A DNA stretch of 64,000 nt from IMG/VR virus record IMGVR_UViG_3300042888_002402. The stretch is one strand, 5' to 3'. Each line of letters starts with the position of its first letter. Within the stretch, counting starts at the first letter, position 1. The notes beneath the pieces are model-generated. The model was not told the DNA's origin. It saw only the letters and a list, made by a program, of their open reading frames with translations, and made no database searches. Position numbers and translations under genes: made by a program. This document shows positions 39,006-48,639 of this stretch, piece by piece. This stretch comes from a virus.

Positions 39006-40063
39006 TACTCTTCGGCGGGCTCTTCTTCAGTACTTACTGTTTCTTTCTGATTAGCAAAATCAGACATTACTTTGTCTAAACATTCATCATCATTGCGTTC
39101 CCATCCCTTGCGGAACTTCTTGATAATTTCACCATCACTGGTAGTAAACACAAGACTGTTGCCTTCTTTCTTGAGCAGACCTTTTTTCTCAATTAAATCA
39201 GTCAAGCCAGAATACGGACTCATTCCGGTTTCATAAGGAATTTTAACCTGTACGCCTTCAAATGGTTTAGCGTAGCGTGTTTTCATTACCTTACATGCGG
39301 CACGAATACCCATGACATCAGTAATTTTGTTGCCATCCTCATCTTCTTTGAGCTTGAGTTTTTTCATAGCAACAACAATTGAGCTTGCATAAACGAACCC
39401 TTGTCCACCGCTGATTTTGTCATCTGGATCAAACATGTCTTGACTAGCATATGTGTGATTGGTACAAACCAGCCCTACATTATAACTACCAAACATGTTT
39501 ACACAGTTACGAACTAGACTGGTCAGTGCTTTGGGTTTACGACCCATGTCGCCTTTCATATCTCCAGCGTCAAATTGATTAACGTCGGTCGGAGTAAGCA
39601 ACATGCCCAATGAGTCAATTACAAACAACACCTTAGGGCGTTCGCCATCTGGTAATGATTTATAATCACTCATGAATGTAGAAATAGTCTTTGCTACATC
39701 ATCAATCATGGCCATTGATAGTTTTAACAACTTGCTATCACCAGTGTCAACACCAAGATCATGCAACCATTTTTCATCTAGTGCATTCTCCGAGTCAATC
39801 AGCACCACATAAATGCCTTGCTCCTGTGCGTTCTTAATGATGTTGCCGGAACAGATGTAGCTTTTGCCCGCGCCAGATTCACCAGCAAAAACCGTGACCT
39901 TGCCCAGTGGCACCCCTCTGTTAAAGTCTCCAGAGATTAGATAGTTCAATGCATAGTTGCCTGTTGAGATCCAATCTGTAGGATCATTGAAACCAATTGA
40001 CAGTCCGTCAATGCTTTTTGTAATTTCCTTGCGGAATTTTGATACGTCGAATGGTTTTCCCAT
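39005..40063 (-). CDS. uvsX: RecA-like recombinase UvsX
   Basis: ISTGNYALN, AGESGAGKS, IDSE, IDSLG, TNHTY, SGG. Confidence 0.95.
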   Translation of the reverse strand: MGKPFDVSKFRKEITKSIDGLSIGFNDPTDWISTGNYALNYLISGDFNRGVPLGKVTVFAGESGAGKSYICSGNIIKNAQEQGIYVVLIDSENALDEKWLHDLGVDTGDSKLLKLSMAMIDDVAKTISTFMSDYKSLPDGERPKVLFVIDSLGMLLTPTDVNQFDAGDMKGDMGRKPKALTSLVRNCVNMFGSYNVGLVCTNHTYASQDMFDPDDKISGGQGFVYASSIVVAMKKLKLKEDEDGNKITDVMGIRAACKVMKTRYAKPFEGVQVKIPYETGMSPYSGLTDLIEKKGLLKKEGNSLVFTTSDGEIIKKFRKGWERNDDECLDKVMSDFANQKETVSTEEEPAEE

Positions 40064-40075
40064 GTTATTTCCTTG

Positions 40076-40246
40076 TTAACAAATTAATTTATATATTGAC
40101 ATAAAATTATATTATTTTTTTTTATGTAATCTGATCCGATTAGTTGATCCGGTAGATCTTGTATGGCAGCAATATAATATTCTATACTATGCATTTTACA
40201 GTATTCAATTAACATTGTCAATGCTCTTAGATGTTCTTTGGCTAAT
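40076..40246 (-). pseudogene. Possible remnant of an SGNH-like gene
   Basis: Frame LAKEHLRALTMLIEYCKMHSIEYYIAAIQD resembles the helix-strand segment of the SGNH paralogs. Confidence 0.3.
40193..40221 (-). promoter_or_regulatory. Sigma70 promoter upstream of uvsX
   Basis: TTGACA-17-TAAAAT. Confidence 0.7.
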
Positions 40247-40259
40247 TAACAAATGTTGG

Positions 40260-41213
40260 TTAGTCATGTTTTTTTAAAACCTCCAAGTATCGGTTACTAA
40301 AGTAATGATCATAATTATACTCAATTGTATCTTGTTCTATTAGATATAAATCATGCCATTCAGCAGGTGTTAAATGACTAAATTTTGAAATCATAGTTAT
40401 TAGCTCAACCAACCGTTCAACAGGATTTTTTATACTGTCAAATCTGTAGTCAAACAGTTTAGTGTATCGTTTAAATCCATGATATTTTTCTACATGAGCA
40501 TGCCATCCAGGTTGGGCGTATGCCAAAAACAGGCCACGTGTTACTATACTGTATAAGAATTTTTCTGTTACAAATGGATAATAGCTAGTTGCCGCAGTTT
40601 CGCTAACAATATGCAAAAAACTTTCAGTTAATTTTGATTCTAAATTATGAATATTTTGATTGTGTTCAAATCTTACATGTCCAAAACTATTTGTAGATTG
40701 AAAAAATTCTTCAGAATGTTCATTAACAAAAAATTTAAGGTAAAAGTTATCTTGGTCGTTAACATAATCAGTTATGTGACCATTTAACATATTTTTTGTG
40801 TAAGAAAAATTTTTACTACAATAATTGTTATTAAAATATCCAAATTTTGACAATATAGAAACTAATAATTTTCTACTTACGTGTGGCGACCCGTTAAAAC
40901 TGCAAATAAAATTTTTGTAGTTTAATGTTGGATGGATGGTGTAATTAACAAAATGTTTGAAATTTAATCTATTTTGAAATTCTGCGTAATTTTTGATGTT
41001 AAGAGTATTGTAGTGTGATAATTTCAAAAAATCAATTTGATATTGTGTGTAAATTTGATTTTTACATTTATTTTTGAGAAATACGTCTAGTAATCGATTT
41101 TTAAAGTTTGCATCAAATCCGCCAAGATGATCAAATAGTATCAAGGGTTCGTCTTGAGTAAACACAAGAGTTCCATTTACTAAGTCCAGATAGTGCTGTG
41201 TTGTAATTTCCAT
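40260..41213 (-). CDS. GT10-like (GT-B) hypothetical glycosyltransferase
   Basis: IVSET...FVTEKF...FDYRFD. Confidence 0.55.
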   Translation of the reverse strand: MEITTQHYLDLVNGTLVFTQDEPLILFDHLGGFDANFKNRLLDVFLKNKCKNQIYTQYQIDFLKLSHYNTLNIKNYAEFQNRLNFKHFVNYTIHPTLNYKNFICSFNGSPHVSRKLLVSILSKFGYFNNNYCSKNFSYTKNMLNGHITDYVNDQDNFYLKFFVNEHSEEFFQSTNSFGHVRFEHNQNIHNLESKLTESFLHIVSETAATSYYPFVTEKFLYSIVTRGLFLAYAQPGWHAHVEKYHGFKRYTKLFDYRFDSIKNPVERLVELITMISKFSHLTPAEWHDLYLIEQDTIEYNYDHYFSNRYLEVLKKHD

Positions 41214-41214
41214 A

Positions 41215-41943
41215 CTAAATTATAGGCATTAAATAATTATCTACATACCATGCATGTGCATCTGCATCTGGATAGTGGGGATTAAAAAACTTAAATTTTT
41301 GTTCAATTGACAAATTAATAAATCCTCTACAATCAGCATCACGTACAAATTTAGTTAAATTTATTTTGTTGTAAAGGGCAAAATTAAAATCTTTTACACC
41401 ATCGTCGTGATATTGAATAAGATTAGTAATTGGATAAGAATTACACATAATATAATTTGCACCGATACTATCAAGATAATACTGCGCAGATAGTATGGTA
41501 GCCCAAGCTGAATTAACATGCATAGACTGATTATAAAAATATTTATAGTATTGATTTTTGTATCCTCGTGGCACTGCACCATTGATATACCAACCATGTT
41601 GATTGTTATATTGATTATTGTAGTCTACAAATTGTGCCTTGTACCCATCTAACCAACTTGCAAATTCTATATCGTTTTGCAGGTGCGGAACAGCAGAATT
41701 AACATAAAGATCGAGTCTATCAGCTGATGGCCACATTATAATACATAAAGTATCAGGATTATTAACAAAAGAAGTATATAATTTTTGAATAATATATGTG
41801 TATCCAGCTCCTCTTTCTGCAAAATTATAAAGTTTGCAACCGAGTTGGTTACTCAATAAATCAGCCCAGGTATCAATGTAATTGTCTTTGGTCAGACTAC
41901 ACCCGTAGACAAATAAATTTTGATATCTGGGCTGTACTGTCAT
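41215..41943 (-). CDS. SGNH-like protein
   Basis: YGCSLT, NFAERGAG, IMWP, PHYP. Confidence 0.65.
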   Translation of the reverse strand: MTVQPRYQNLFVYGCSLTKDNYIDTWADLLSNQLGCKLYNFAERGAGYTYIIQKLYTSFVNNPDTLCIIMWPSADRLDLYVNSAVPHLQNDIEFASWLDGYKAQFVDYNNQYNNQHGWYINGAVPRGYKNQYYKYFYNQSMHVNSAWATILSAQYYLDSIGANYIMCNSYPITNLIQYHDDGVKDFNFALYNKINLTKFVRDADCRGFINLSIEQKFKFFNPHYPDADAHAWYVDNYLMPII

Positions 41944-41950
41944 TCAATGA

Positions 41951-42937
41951 TTATTGTTTTTGTCTTGCACGAATCATGGCCAAAATGTCTTCGGCTTTCT
42001 GTGCTGGCTTAGCTGCTGCTACTGGTGCAACGGGTGCTGGCACATCATCCTCGTCATCAAAGTTTGATACTACCACAGTTGGTGCTACTGCTGTAATTTC
42101 ATGCACGTCGCCGTGCCCATCAACAGTCAATGCGGGTGCGCCTGCTGGTGCTTGCACACCTGCTGGTCGGAAATACTGACCCCAACGGGTGGTGTCGTAT
42201 GCTTGTCCATCTACTGATGCTTCAAACATTTCTTTGATTACTTTTAACTCAACATCAGTTGGTTTCTTTGGCAAGAATGTTGAAAGATCAAACAGGCCAT
42301 GTTTTTCTATTGCAGCCTGTTCTGCTTCTGTGAGTGCAGATTCTTTACGGGCCCACTTGGAACTGTTGTAGTCAGCAAATCCACCTTTGGCTGTTTTAGT
42401 GATGCGGAAGTCTAGGCCTTTCAACAAGTCTGTTGGCAATTCTTCCAGCTCAGGATCCATCAATGCACCTTTGATCAAGGTAAAAATTTGTGGACCAATG
42501 ATAAATCTACGAATAGGGTTCTCAGGAGTCTTGTCTTCGTTGATGGGATTTTCACGTACAAAACCTTGGAAAATATAACTGCGTTTTTTCCAGTATTTAC
42601 GACCCATGTCTTCAAGACTCTTGTCCTTGAACCATGTGCGAACTTCTGCCAGTACTGGGCACGGATCGCCCCACATTTCAACACAAGGAACTTGTACAAA
42701 TACTTGTTTGGATTCCATTTCTCCTTTGACGCCATTGAATGGCAGTCGAATCATGGCTCGTTCGGCCCAGAAAAATGTGTTTTTTGTGTTTGCATCTGGA
42801 AGGAAGCGTAAGGTAGCTGATTGTCCTTCTTCCATGTTCCAGTGTGGGTAAATTGAATTGTCTCCCCCACCTTGTGATTGAGAACCTTTGTTCTCGCTTG
42901 CTGCCAGTCTTGCTCTAATGTCTGCTAATGATGCCAT
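41951..42937 (-). CDS. gp32: Single-stranded DNA-binding protein
   Basis: LRFLP, C...CP, YWKKRSY, GLDFRI, ADYNSSKW, acidic linker. Confidence 0.92.
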   Translation of the reverse strand: MASLADIRARLAASENKGSQSQGGGDNSIYPHWNMEEGQSATLRFLPDANTKNTFFWAERAMIRLPFNGVKGEMESKQVFVQVPCVEMWGDPCPVLAEVRTWFKDKSLEDMGRKYWKKRSYIFQGFVRENPINEDKTPENPIRRFIIGPQIFTLIKGALMDPELEELPTDLLKGLDFRITKTAKGGFADYNSSKWARKESALTEAEQAAIEKHGLFDLSTFLPKKPTDVELKVIKEMFEASVDGQAYDTTRWGQYFRPAGVQAPAGAPALTVDGHGDVHEITAVAPTVVVSNFDDEDDVPAPVAPVAAAKPAQKAEDILAMIRARQKQ

Positions 42938-42941
42938 ATTA

Positions 42942-42999
42942 TGTTGCCTTTCTAAAGTTTTTAATATGTTGCCTATCAATGATAGTGTTTTTGTTGCCT
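42942..42999 (-). repeat. Three AGGCAACA direct repeats at exact 25-nt period in the gp32 leader
   Basis: tgttgcct at 42942, 42967, 42992. Confidence 0.9.
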
Positions 43000-43010
43000 G
43001 TGATACCAAT

Positions 43011-43072
43011 AAAAAAGCGTATACACATGTTAGTAGTATATACGCTTTGTTTATCAGCGTCAAGAGTATTTA
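43011..43072 (-). promoter_or_regulatory. gp32 control region: late box, sigma70 promoter and overlapping terminator-like hairpin
   Basis: TAAATA 43067-72; TTGACG-17-TATACT 43063-43035; 13-bp stem 43014-43048 + T tract. Confidence 0.75.
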
Positions 43073-43095
43073 TGACGCGGTTGTTCTAATTAGAT

Positions 43096-45162
43096 TTATC
43101 GGATCATAAATCCAGCCAGTTGTTGCATACGTACCAGACCAAGATCTGGTAACTGTACATTTTCCAAAGTCGGTACTATGCCGGGTACTGCTGATTGAAC
43201 TGGTGCTCCCCAACATTCTTGAATACCATGAACTGGACACATTTGTCCAGCTTCGGTCATATTGCATGCACCATCATCTTGTAATAAGTCTACCAATGGG
43301 TTACTCATTCCGCCATCTACATTATGTGCTGCATCGTCTTCCATGGCAGTGGGAATTGGGTTAGGTCCGTATCCTTCTTCTGAAGCATAGTCCATGGCAC
43401 TTTCACGCTCAATTCCGTAGTCTTCATCTGGCATGCCTGGACTATTAAATCCGTGTCCTTCTATGCCTAGGTCAGCGCCAAATCGATCTCCTATCCACTC
43501 ATACGGATCTCCGTCGCGAGCTTTTTTTGTACCATACGGCATGTCATCAAAATAGTAATCATACAACACATCATATAGCGCATCAGTTAATTCGCCAGTG
43601 GTTTTGAAATCTTTGACATCGCGCTTGAATGTATTAAGGATATGCTGGAATGTGTTGCCATTTTCGTCTAGCATGACATTTTCATTTACCTGCATGCCAG
43701 CGTGTTTGAGTATAGTTTTCAATGATGCACTTGCATCTTCTCTTACTGACTCATCATGGTCCAATTGATCAGCAAAATGCGCTAAGGCTGCGCTTTGACT
43801 ACCTGTAGGTGATTTAGCATTGGCATCCACTGCAGGTCCTTCGTTGACTGCTTGATCACCTTGTTCAACGTCGCTGGGATTGATTGGATCCGGGGGATTC
43901 ATTTCGTAATCTGCATCTATGTCTAGACGATTTACTACCTCGGCTATGTCAGGATGATCACTGAGTTCTTGCATACGCAAAAATACCAATTCACGGCAGT
44001 CAGCATTGGCGTCACGATCAGCAAGATTGTGCAATTGATCAAACAACTCATCATCGCCCAACAAGTCGTATAGTTCCTCTGTGGCATTGGTAGCATCAGC
44101 ACCCACTGGCAATTCAGATTGCATGAGTTCAATCAGTTTGTCTTGTTTTTCGGGAGTGTCAGGTACTGACCATGTTCCTTCTACCAGGCGATTTGCCCAG
44201 GCTTCAAATATGTTTGCTTCTTTCATAGCTTGTCCTTGTTGTTGTATACGTGCCAGTAATGGTAATGCTGCTTCAATTCTTGAATCAATACTTTGTGTTA
44301 CAAATAAATTTTTTAATCCTTCGATGACCACATCCTGTTCAGTGATTTCAGCAGGTTGCCATGATTCAAAATAGTTTGTGTAGCCTGAGCCTGCGCTGAG
44401 ACCTTTTAATACCCGTTGTAGATTTTCGTAGTAGGTATTGGTTTCTTCTACCAGTTGTCCGGTATCACCTTCAAATATTTGTCCGTGATTGGCACGACGG
44501 AAACGGCTCAATACATTGAGTTCTTCTACTATGCCCACAATATGTTGTCCACGTGGATCATACGGTTTGCCGCCTTGGCGCACATGTTCCACCATGGCAC
44601 GACCACCTGACAATTTGGTAAATGGCAATTTAAAACGTTCGCCTTCGGCAGTTTCAATATATAAACTTTCCACATAACGGAAACGTGCGTCATTTTCACC
44701 CAATGGACGTTTGTGCTTGACCATGAGTCTGGCTTCGGTTGCTGGCCCTAACCAACTGGTGGTACGATTTCCGGACCAAGATTCAAACAGACCTTCTTTG
44801 ATTGCGGCCTGGCCTTGCATACTATAACGCAACCTATTGATATTTTTTATGCCAAAGCTCATGTGATTTCTAATGGAAAAGTCTTTGAGCTGTTCCAAGA
44901 ACTGAAACCAACTTTGTTTGTCTTCGTTTTCCATGGTGCGGCCAACATTGTCTGCACAAAATACAGTTAATTCTCCGTCGTCGCCTAACAGTATCACAAT
45001 AGTGCCATAGTCTTTACCAGACTCTGCTCGAAATTCAAAACTAAACATTTCTGCTTCAGAAGGGTCCGAGGCAGGCTTACCACGAATATCCAACATGTTG
45101 GGATCAAAGTCTCTGCTGGTCAATAGATCAAACAGTTTAAGTGCGGCATTTTGCTGTGACAT
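43096..45162 (-). CDS. Large hypothetical virion (head) protein
   Basis: 688 aa; late box 45170-45175; many [LIVM]xE sites. Confidence 0.7.
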   Translation of the reverse strand: MSQQNAALKLFDLLTSRDFDPNMLDIRGKPASDPSEAEMFSFEFRAESGKDYGTIVILLGDDGELTVFCADNVGRTMENEDKQSWFQFLEQLKDFSIRNHMSFGIKNINRLRYSMQGQAAIKEGLFESWSGNRTTSWLGPATEARLMVKHKRPLGENDARFRYVESLYIETAEGERFKLPFTKLSGGRAMVEHVRQGGKPYDPRGQHIVGIVEELNVLSRFRRANHGQIFEGDTGQLVEETNTYYENLQRVLKGLSAGSGYTNYFESWQPAEITEQDVVIEGLKNLFVTQSIDSRIEAALPLLARIQQQGQAMKEANIFEAWANRLVEGTWSVPDTPEKQDKLIELMQSELPVGADATNATEELYDLLGDDELFDQLHNLADRDANADCRELVFLRMQELSDHPDIAEVVNRLDIDADYEMNPPDPINPSDVEQGDQAVNEGPAVDANAKSPTGSQSAALAHFADQLDHDESVREDASASLKTILKHAGMQVNENVMLDENGNTFQHILNTFKRDVKDFKTTGELTDALYDVLYDYYFDDMPYGTKKARDGDPYEWIGDRFGADLGIEGHGFNSPGMPDEDYGIERESAMDYASEEGYGPNPIPTAMEDDAAHNVDGGMSNPLVDLLQDDGACNMTEAGQMCPVHGIQECWGAPVQSAVPGIVPTLENVQLPDLGLVRMQQLAGFMIR

Positions 45163-45179
45163 AGTAGTTTATTTAGTCG

Positions 45180-46745
45180 TTATCGTCTGGCACTGATAAA
45201 GGGCATGGGTGCAATAATAACATCACCGTGATCGCGCATTTGACTGTCCATTTCTGTGTGATATGTTTGTAGCAGCTGCATCATGCGCACTGCCAACAAT
45301 GCAGCCATGACCAAATCGTCAGTTTCTCCGGGTTTGGCAGCGTAACTTACTCCGTGTGCTACAAATGTTTTTAATTCTGAAACTAAAGGTATACTTCTGA
45401 TTTTCATGCGCCCAGATTCTATTAGAGTTTTAAATTTATTACAAGCCGCCAATTTGGGTTTTTGTGTGGTATTAAACCCTTTGCGATATCTGCGTCCAGA
45501 ACTTCCACTGTTAGGATCACTTAGGAAATATCCTTCGATATTTTCCTCGCCGTACTCTGCAATGGAAATCAAGGCTGCTTCCCCAATGGTGTTGTTTTCA
45601 ATACTGTAATATACTTTTTGTGGATCTTTTACAACTTCATTGATGTGCTTGCATATGTCAGCTAGGATTCTAACCTGTTCTGGAATTGGCGTTCTATTGT
45701 GGCGCCACTCACCAATTTGTTCTGTGGTGTTGGCTTCAAATATTTGTATGGCAGCAGGATCACCACCTGTACCCAAACTAGGATCCAGTGCTACAACATA
45801 GATTCGGTCTGCCCGGGGTTTTTGATACCAACGCACTTGTCCAGTACGATATGCAGGCTCAATGCCATATAATTCAATTAGTTTAGTAGGTGCTATCAGA
45901 GTCTCATCATTGATGATAAATTCGCAGTCCATCTCTCGACGGAAACGATCCTCGCCTAGTTGCGCTCGTTGTTCTTCAGCCCACTTTTTGTCGCGATCTG
46001 GATGTTCATTCCAGTAACTACGATATGCTTTGAATCCATTAATACCTACTACTGTAGGATTGCCGTAGGAATCTTCGCAACGATTGGCACCTTTCCACAG
46101 TAGCGCAAATTGATCTTCGTCCGAGTTTGGAGTTGATGTAATAATTGCTTTACCACCAGTGGCCAGTGTGGGCGATATGGACGTCCAGAATTCTTTGGCA
46201 ATACCTGGTCGCACAAACGCAAACTCATCTGCGTATAGCAGTGATATACTCATACCACGACCGGTATTTTCTGTAGTTGTTGCGCTTACTATACGACTTC
46301 CATTTTCAAAATCCAAGTTACCTTTGTTGTAACTGGTACACCCTGCACGAATATGATCCGGGCACAGTTCATATGCATAACGTATGCGTTGCATTATCTC
46401 TTGTGATCCTGTGTACTTGTGCGCAGCAATTAAAATTGTACTGTCTGGCACAAACATAGCATACCACAACAAATACCCTGCAGCCGATGTTGACTTGCCG
46501 GTTTGTCGCGGCATCATTGATATCGAAAATCTATGATTATGATAGGTTTCAATCAATCGTTCTTGGTACTCAAACGGATGATACAACATTTTTCCTTTGG
46601 TGGGATGTTGTATGTGAAAATAATTGTCCATAAAATACATAGGCCCTGTGACAGGATCTGCACATTTTATAAATTCTTCTAACTGTGTCTCATTGTAACT
46701 ATGCCGCTTATGAGGTGCTTTGACTAGTACTGCTTCTGCGGCCAT
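45180..46745 (-). CDS. gp17: Terminase large subunit
   Basis: PRQTGKS, YADEFAF, ITSTPN, ALDPSLG, DDLVMA. Confidence 0.95.
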   Translation of the reverse strand: MAAEAVLVKAPHKRHSYNETQLEEFIKCADPVTGPMYFMDNYFHIQHPTKGKMLYHPFEYQERLIETYHNHRFSISMMPRQTGKSTSAAGYLLWYAMFVPDSTILIAAHKYTGSQEIMQRIRYAYELCPDHIRAGCTSYNKGNLDFENGSRIVSATTTENTGRGMSISLLYADEFAFVRPGIAKEFWTSISPTLATGGKAIITSTPNSDEDQFALLWKGANRCEDSYGNPTVVGINGFKAYRSYWNEHPDRDKKWAEEQRAQLGEDRFRREMDCEFIINDETLIAPTKLIELYGIEPAYRTGQVRWYQKPRADRIYVVALDPSLGTGGDPAAIQIFEANTTEQIGEWRHNRTPIPEQVRILADICKHINEVVKDPQKVYYSIENNTIGEAALISIAEYGEENIEGYFLSDPNSGSSGRRYRKGFNTTQKPKLAACNKFKTLIESGRMKIRSIPLVSELKTFVAHGVSYAAKPGETDDLVMAALLAVRMMQLLQTYHTEMDSQMRDHGDVIIAPMPFISARR

Positions 46746-47893
46746 AGCAGCTCTCCAAATTCTGGCCATAGTTTGGCAAATTTTCCAACGGCATCTGGAT
46801 GGTATTTGTTTTCAATATCATCAACAAATGTTTTTAATTTATCTAACTGTGTTGAATCAGGCAGATCTTTGGTATTAAAGGTTGCAAGGGCAGTGTCAAA
46901 AAAATCTTGATCATGTTGGTCTACATCGAAATTATCGTACATCAGTTGAATTTCTTTTGCGACCAACATGGCAATTTCTTTTCCGTAATTTCTAGGATCT
47001 AATTCTATAGGACCGTTAAGATTTTGCCATTTAATCACCAATCCGCGATCCTGAGCAAATTTTTTAAATTTACACAAATTAGTTGCGTTGTATAAATTAT
47101 AAACTGCGTGTATGCCGCCCCAGTGCCCATTATTTTTTATCAATGACTGCACAAGATCAAGATTGTACAACATCAAATTCCAATCTGCGCCGTATCTTAC
47201 GTATTCAAATTGCTCACCAATGTTGTCAAAACTGAGTGACCAACTGACACGTTGTCGCTGGCTAAGTTTTTTAAATATTCGATTATTTTCAAGTGGATTG
47301 CTGAGATTTGTAATTATTGTTACAATACAATCTGGTGGGATGACATCGAGTAGTCGGTCATTCTCTGGCAGTAACAAAGGTTCGCCGCCAACCAAGGCCA
47401 CTTCTTTTATTTTATCGTAGTGTTTTTCAATAAAATTACATACATCGACATAATAATGTCTTAGTTTTGTGTTATTGTTGATAGAGATTTTTTTTATCCC
47501 TGCCCATTTTGAACTTTCAATTGGACCACAATAGTTACAACTTAAATTGCAGGTGTTATTCCATCGCACATCAACAATTACCGGATAATCATATTCAAGA
47601 CTGGCCTGTGACGTATCAAAATTTTCATTTGCCCTATTATGCCATGCTCGCTCGCTCTCGCTGCCGTGTTTCTCTCTTGTTACACAACCTGCACAATATC
47701 GAGGATGCGGAATGCCTTGTTTTAGACTTTCACGTATTTCTTTAAGTTTATCTCCATTGAGAATTTCTTCTATGCCTTGAGAATTAAGATTGCCCAACAT
47801 GTTGGGATTACCGGCACAGCAAGTTTTAACATTACCGGTAGTATTGATATGCAGGCCACGCCAGGGAGCGGCACAATAGAATTTATCAGTCAT
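46724..47893 (-). CDS. Radical SAM protein with N-terminal SPASM/twitch-like domain
   Basis: CAAPW...CC...CAGC; CNLSCNYC; GGEP. Confidence 0.92.
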   Translation of the reverse strand: MTDKFYCAAPWRGLHINTTGNVKTCCAGNPNMLGNLNSQGIEEILNGDKLKEIRESLKQGIPHPRYCAGCVTREKHGSESERAWHNRANENFDTSQASLEYDYPVIVDVRWNNTCNLSCNYCGPIESSKWAGIKKISINNNTKLRHYYVDVCNFIEKHYDKIKEVALVGGEPLLLPENDRLLDVIPPDCIVTIITNLSNPLENNRIFKKLSQRQRVSWSLSFDNIGEQFEYVRYGADWNLMLYNLDLVQSLIKNNGHWGGIHAVYNLYNATNLCKFKKFAQDRGLVIKWQNLNGPIELDPRNYGKEIAMLVAKEIQLMYDNFDVDQHDQDFFDTALATFNTKDLPDSTQLDKLKTFVDDIENKYHPDAVGKFAKLWPEFGELLWPQKQY

Positions 47894-47911
47894 GCCTTAT
47901 TTAAAGGCAAA

Positions 47912-48349
47912 TCAGTTACACCAAGAAGTTTTGGCTTCACCGTAATATTCACGAGCAAAACCGTTGGCAATCAACATGCCACGTAGGCTTTGACCGTTCA
48001 ACAGTACGTCGCCCAGCACACGTCCGCCATACTTGTCCCAGTCCATCAGCACAATCTGTCGTTTTTGTGCATTGGCAATGGCTTGCTTGGTAAAGGCAGA
48101 TGCTGCTTCACCACGCTGTGCTTCACTAGCACACTGGGCACGGTGTCCTTTTTCAGGAGTATCAACTCCAAACACACGAACACTGAGTTCTTGTTTGAGT
48201 GGTGCAGGAAGCCAAGTGGCTTGGATACCCACTGTGTCACCGTCGATTACTCTAGTGATCACAGCGTCATAAACAACACCAGGTTTTTGTTTGGGTTGTG
48301 CTAGTGCCAAGCAAGGCACAAGTGCTAAAAGAATTAAGAGTTTTTTCAT
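47912..48349 (-). CDS. Thermonuclease (SNase) with signal peptide
   Basis: VIDGDT, RVFGVDTPE, DKYGGRVL. Confidence 0.92.
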   Translation of the reverse strand: MKKLLILLALVPCLALAQPKQKPGVVYDAVITRVIDGDTVGIQATWLPAPLKQELSVRVFGVDTPEKGHRAQCASEAQRGEAASAFTKQAIANAQKRQIVLMDWDKYGGRVLGDVLLNGQSLRGMLIANGFAREYYGEAKTSWCN

Positions 48350-48360
48350 AATAATATCTG

Positions 48361-48639
48361 TTAAGTGTAGTACACAATTTCGCCAGTGGTAGGATTGTAG
48401 GCTAATTGTAAAAATCCTACAGGCAATCCTGCAACACCACCGTTGGTAATACCGGCAGCAATCTGTGTCAGTGCACCCAAACTATTGCCAATAAACACTT
48501 GATCAGTAGTTTGATCAACTACTAGTTCTCCTGGTCTGGCATTGCCGTTGTAATTTTCTATTGTTACTTGTGCATTGTCTTTCATCACTGCACGGCTGAT
48601 GCCAGTTATATCACTGTATGGTGGTGGTGGATTGGCCAT
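48361..48639 (-). CDS. Small virion protein candidate
   Basis: GELVVDQTTDQVFIGN, YNPTTGEI (fibre-type motifs). Confidence 0.55.
   Translation of the reverse strand: MANPPPPYSDITGISRAVMKDNAQVTIENYNGNARPGELVVDQTTDQVFIGNSLGALTQIAAGITNGGVAGLPVGFLQLAYNPTTGEIVYYT

Noticed and set aside
42942-42999. CRISPR-like repeat-spacer pattern
   Set aside because: 8-nt repeats and 17-nt spacers are far too short, and no cas genes are nearby; kept as a leader repeat
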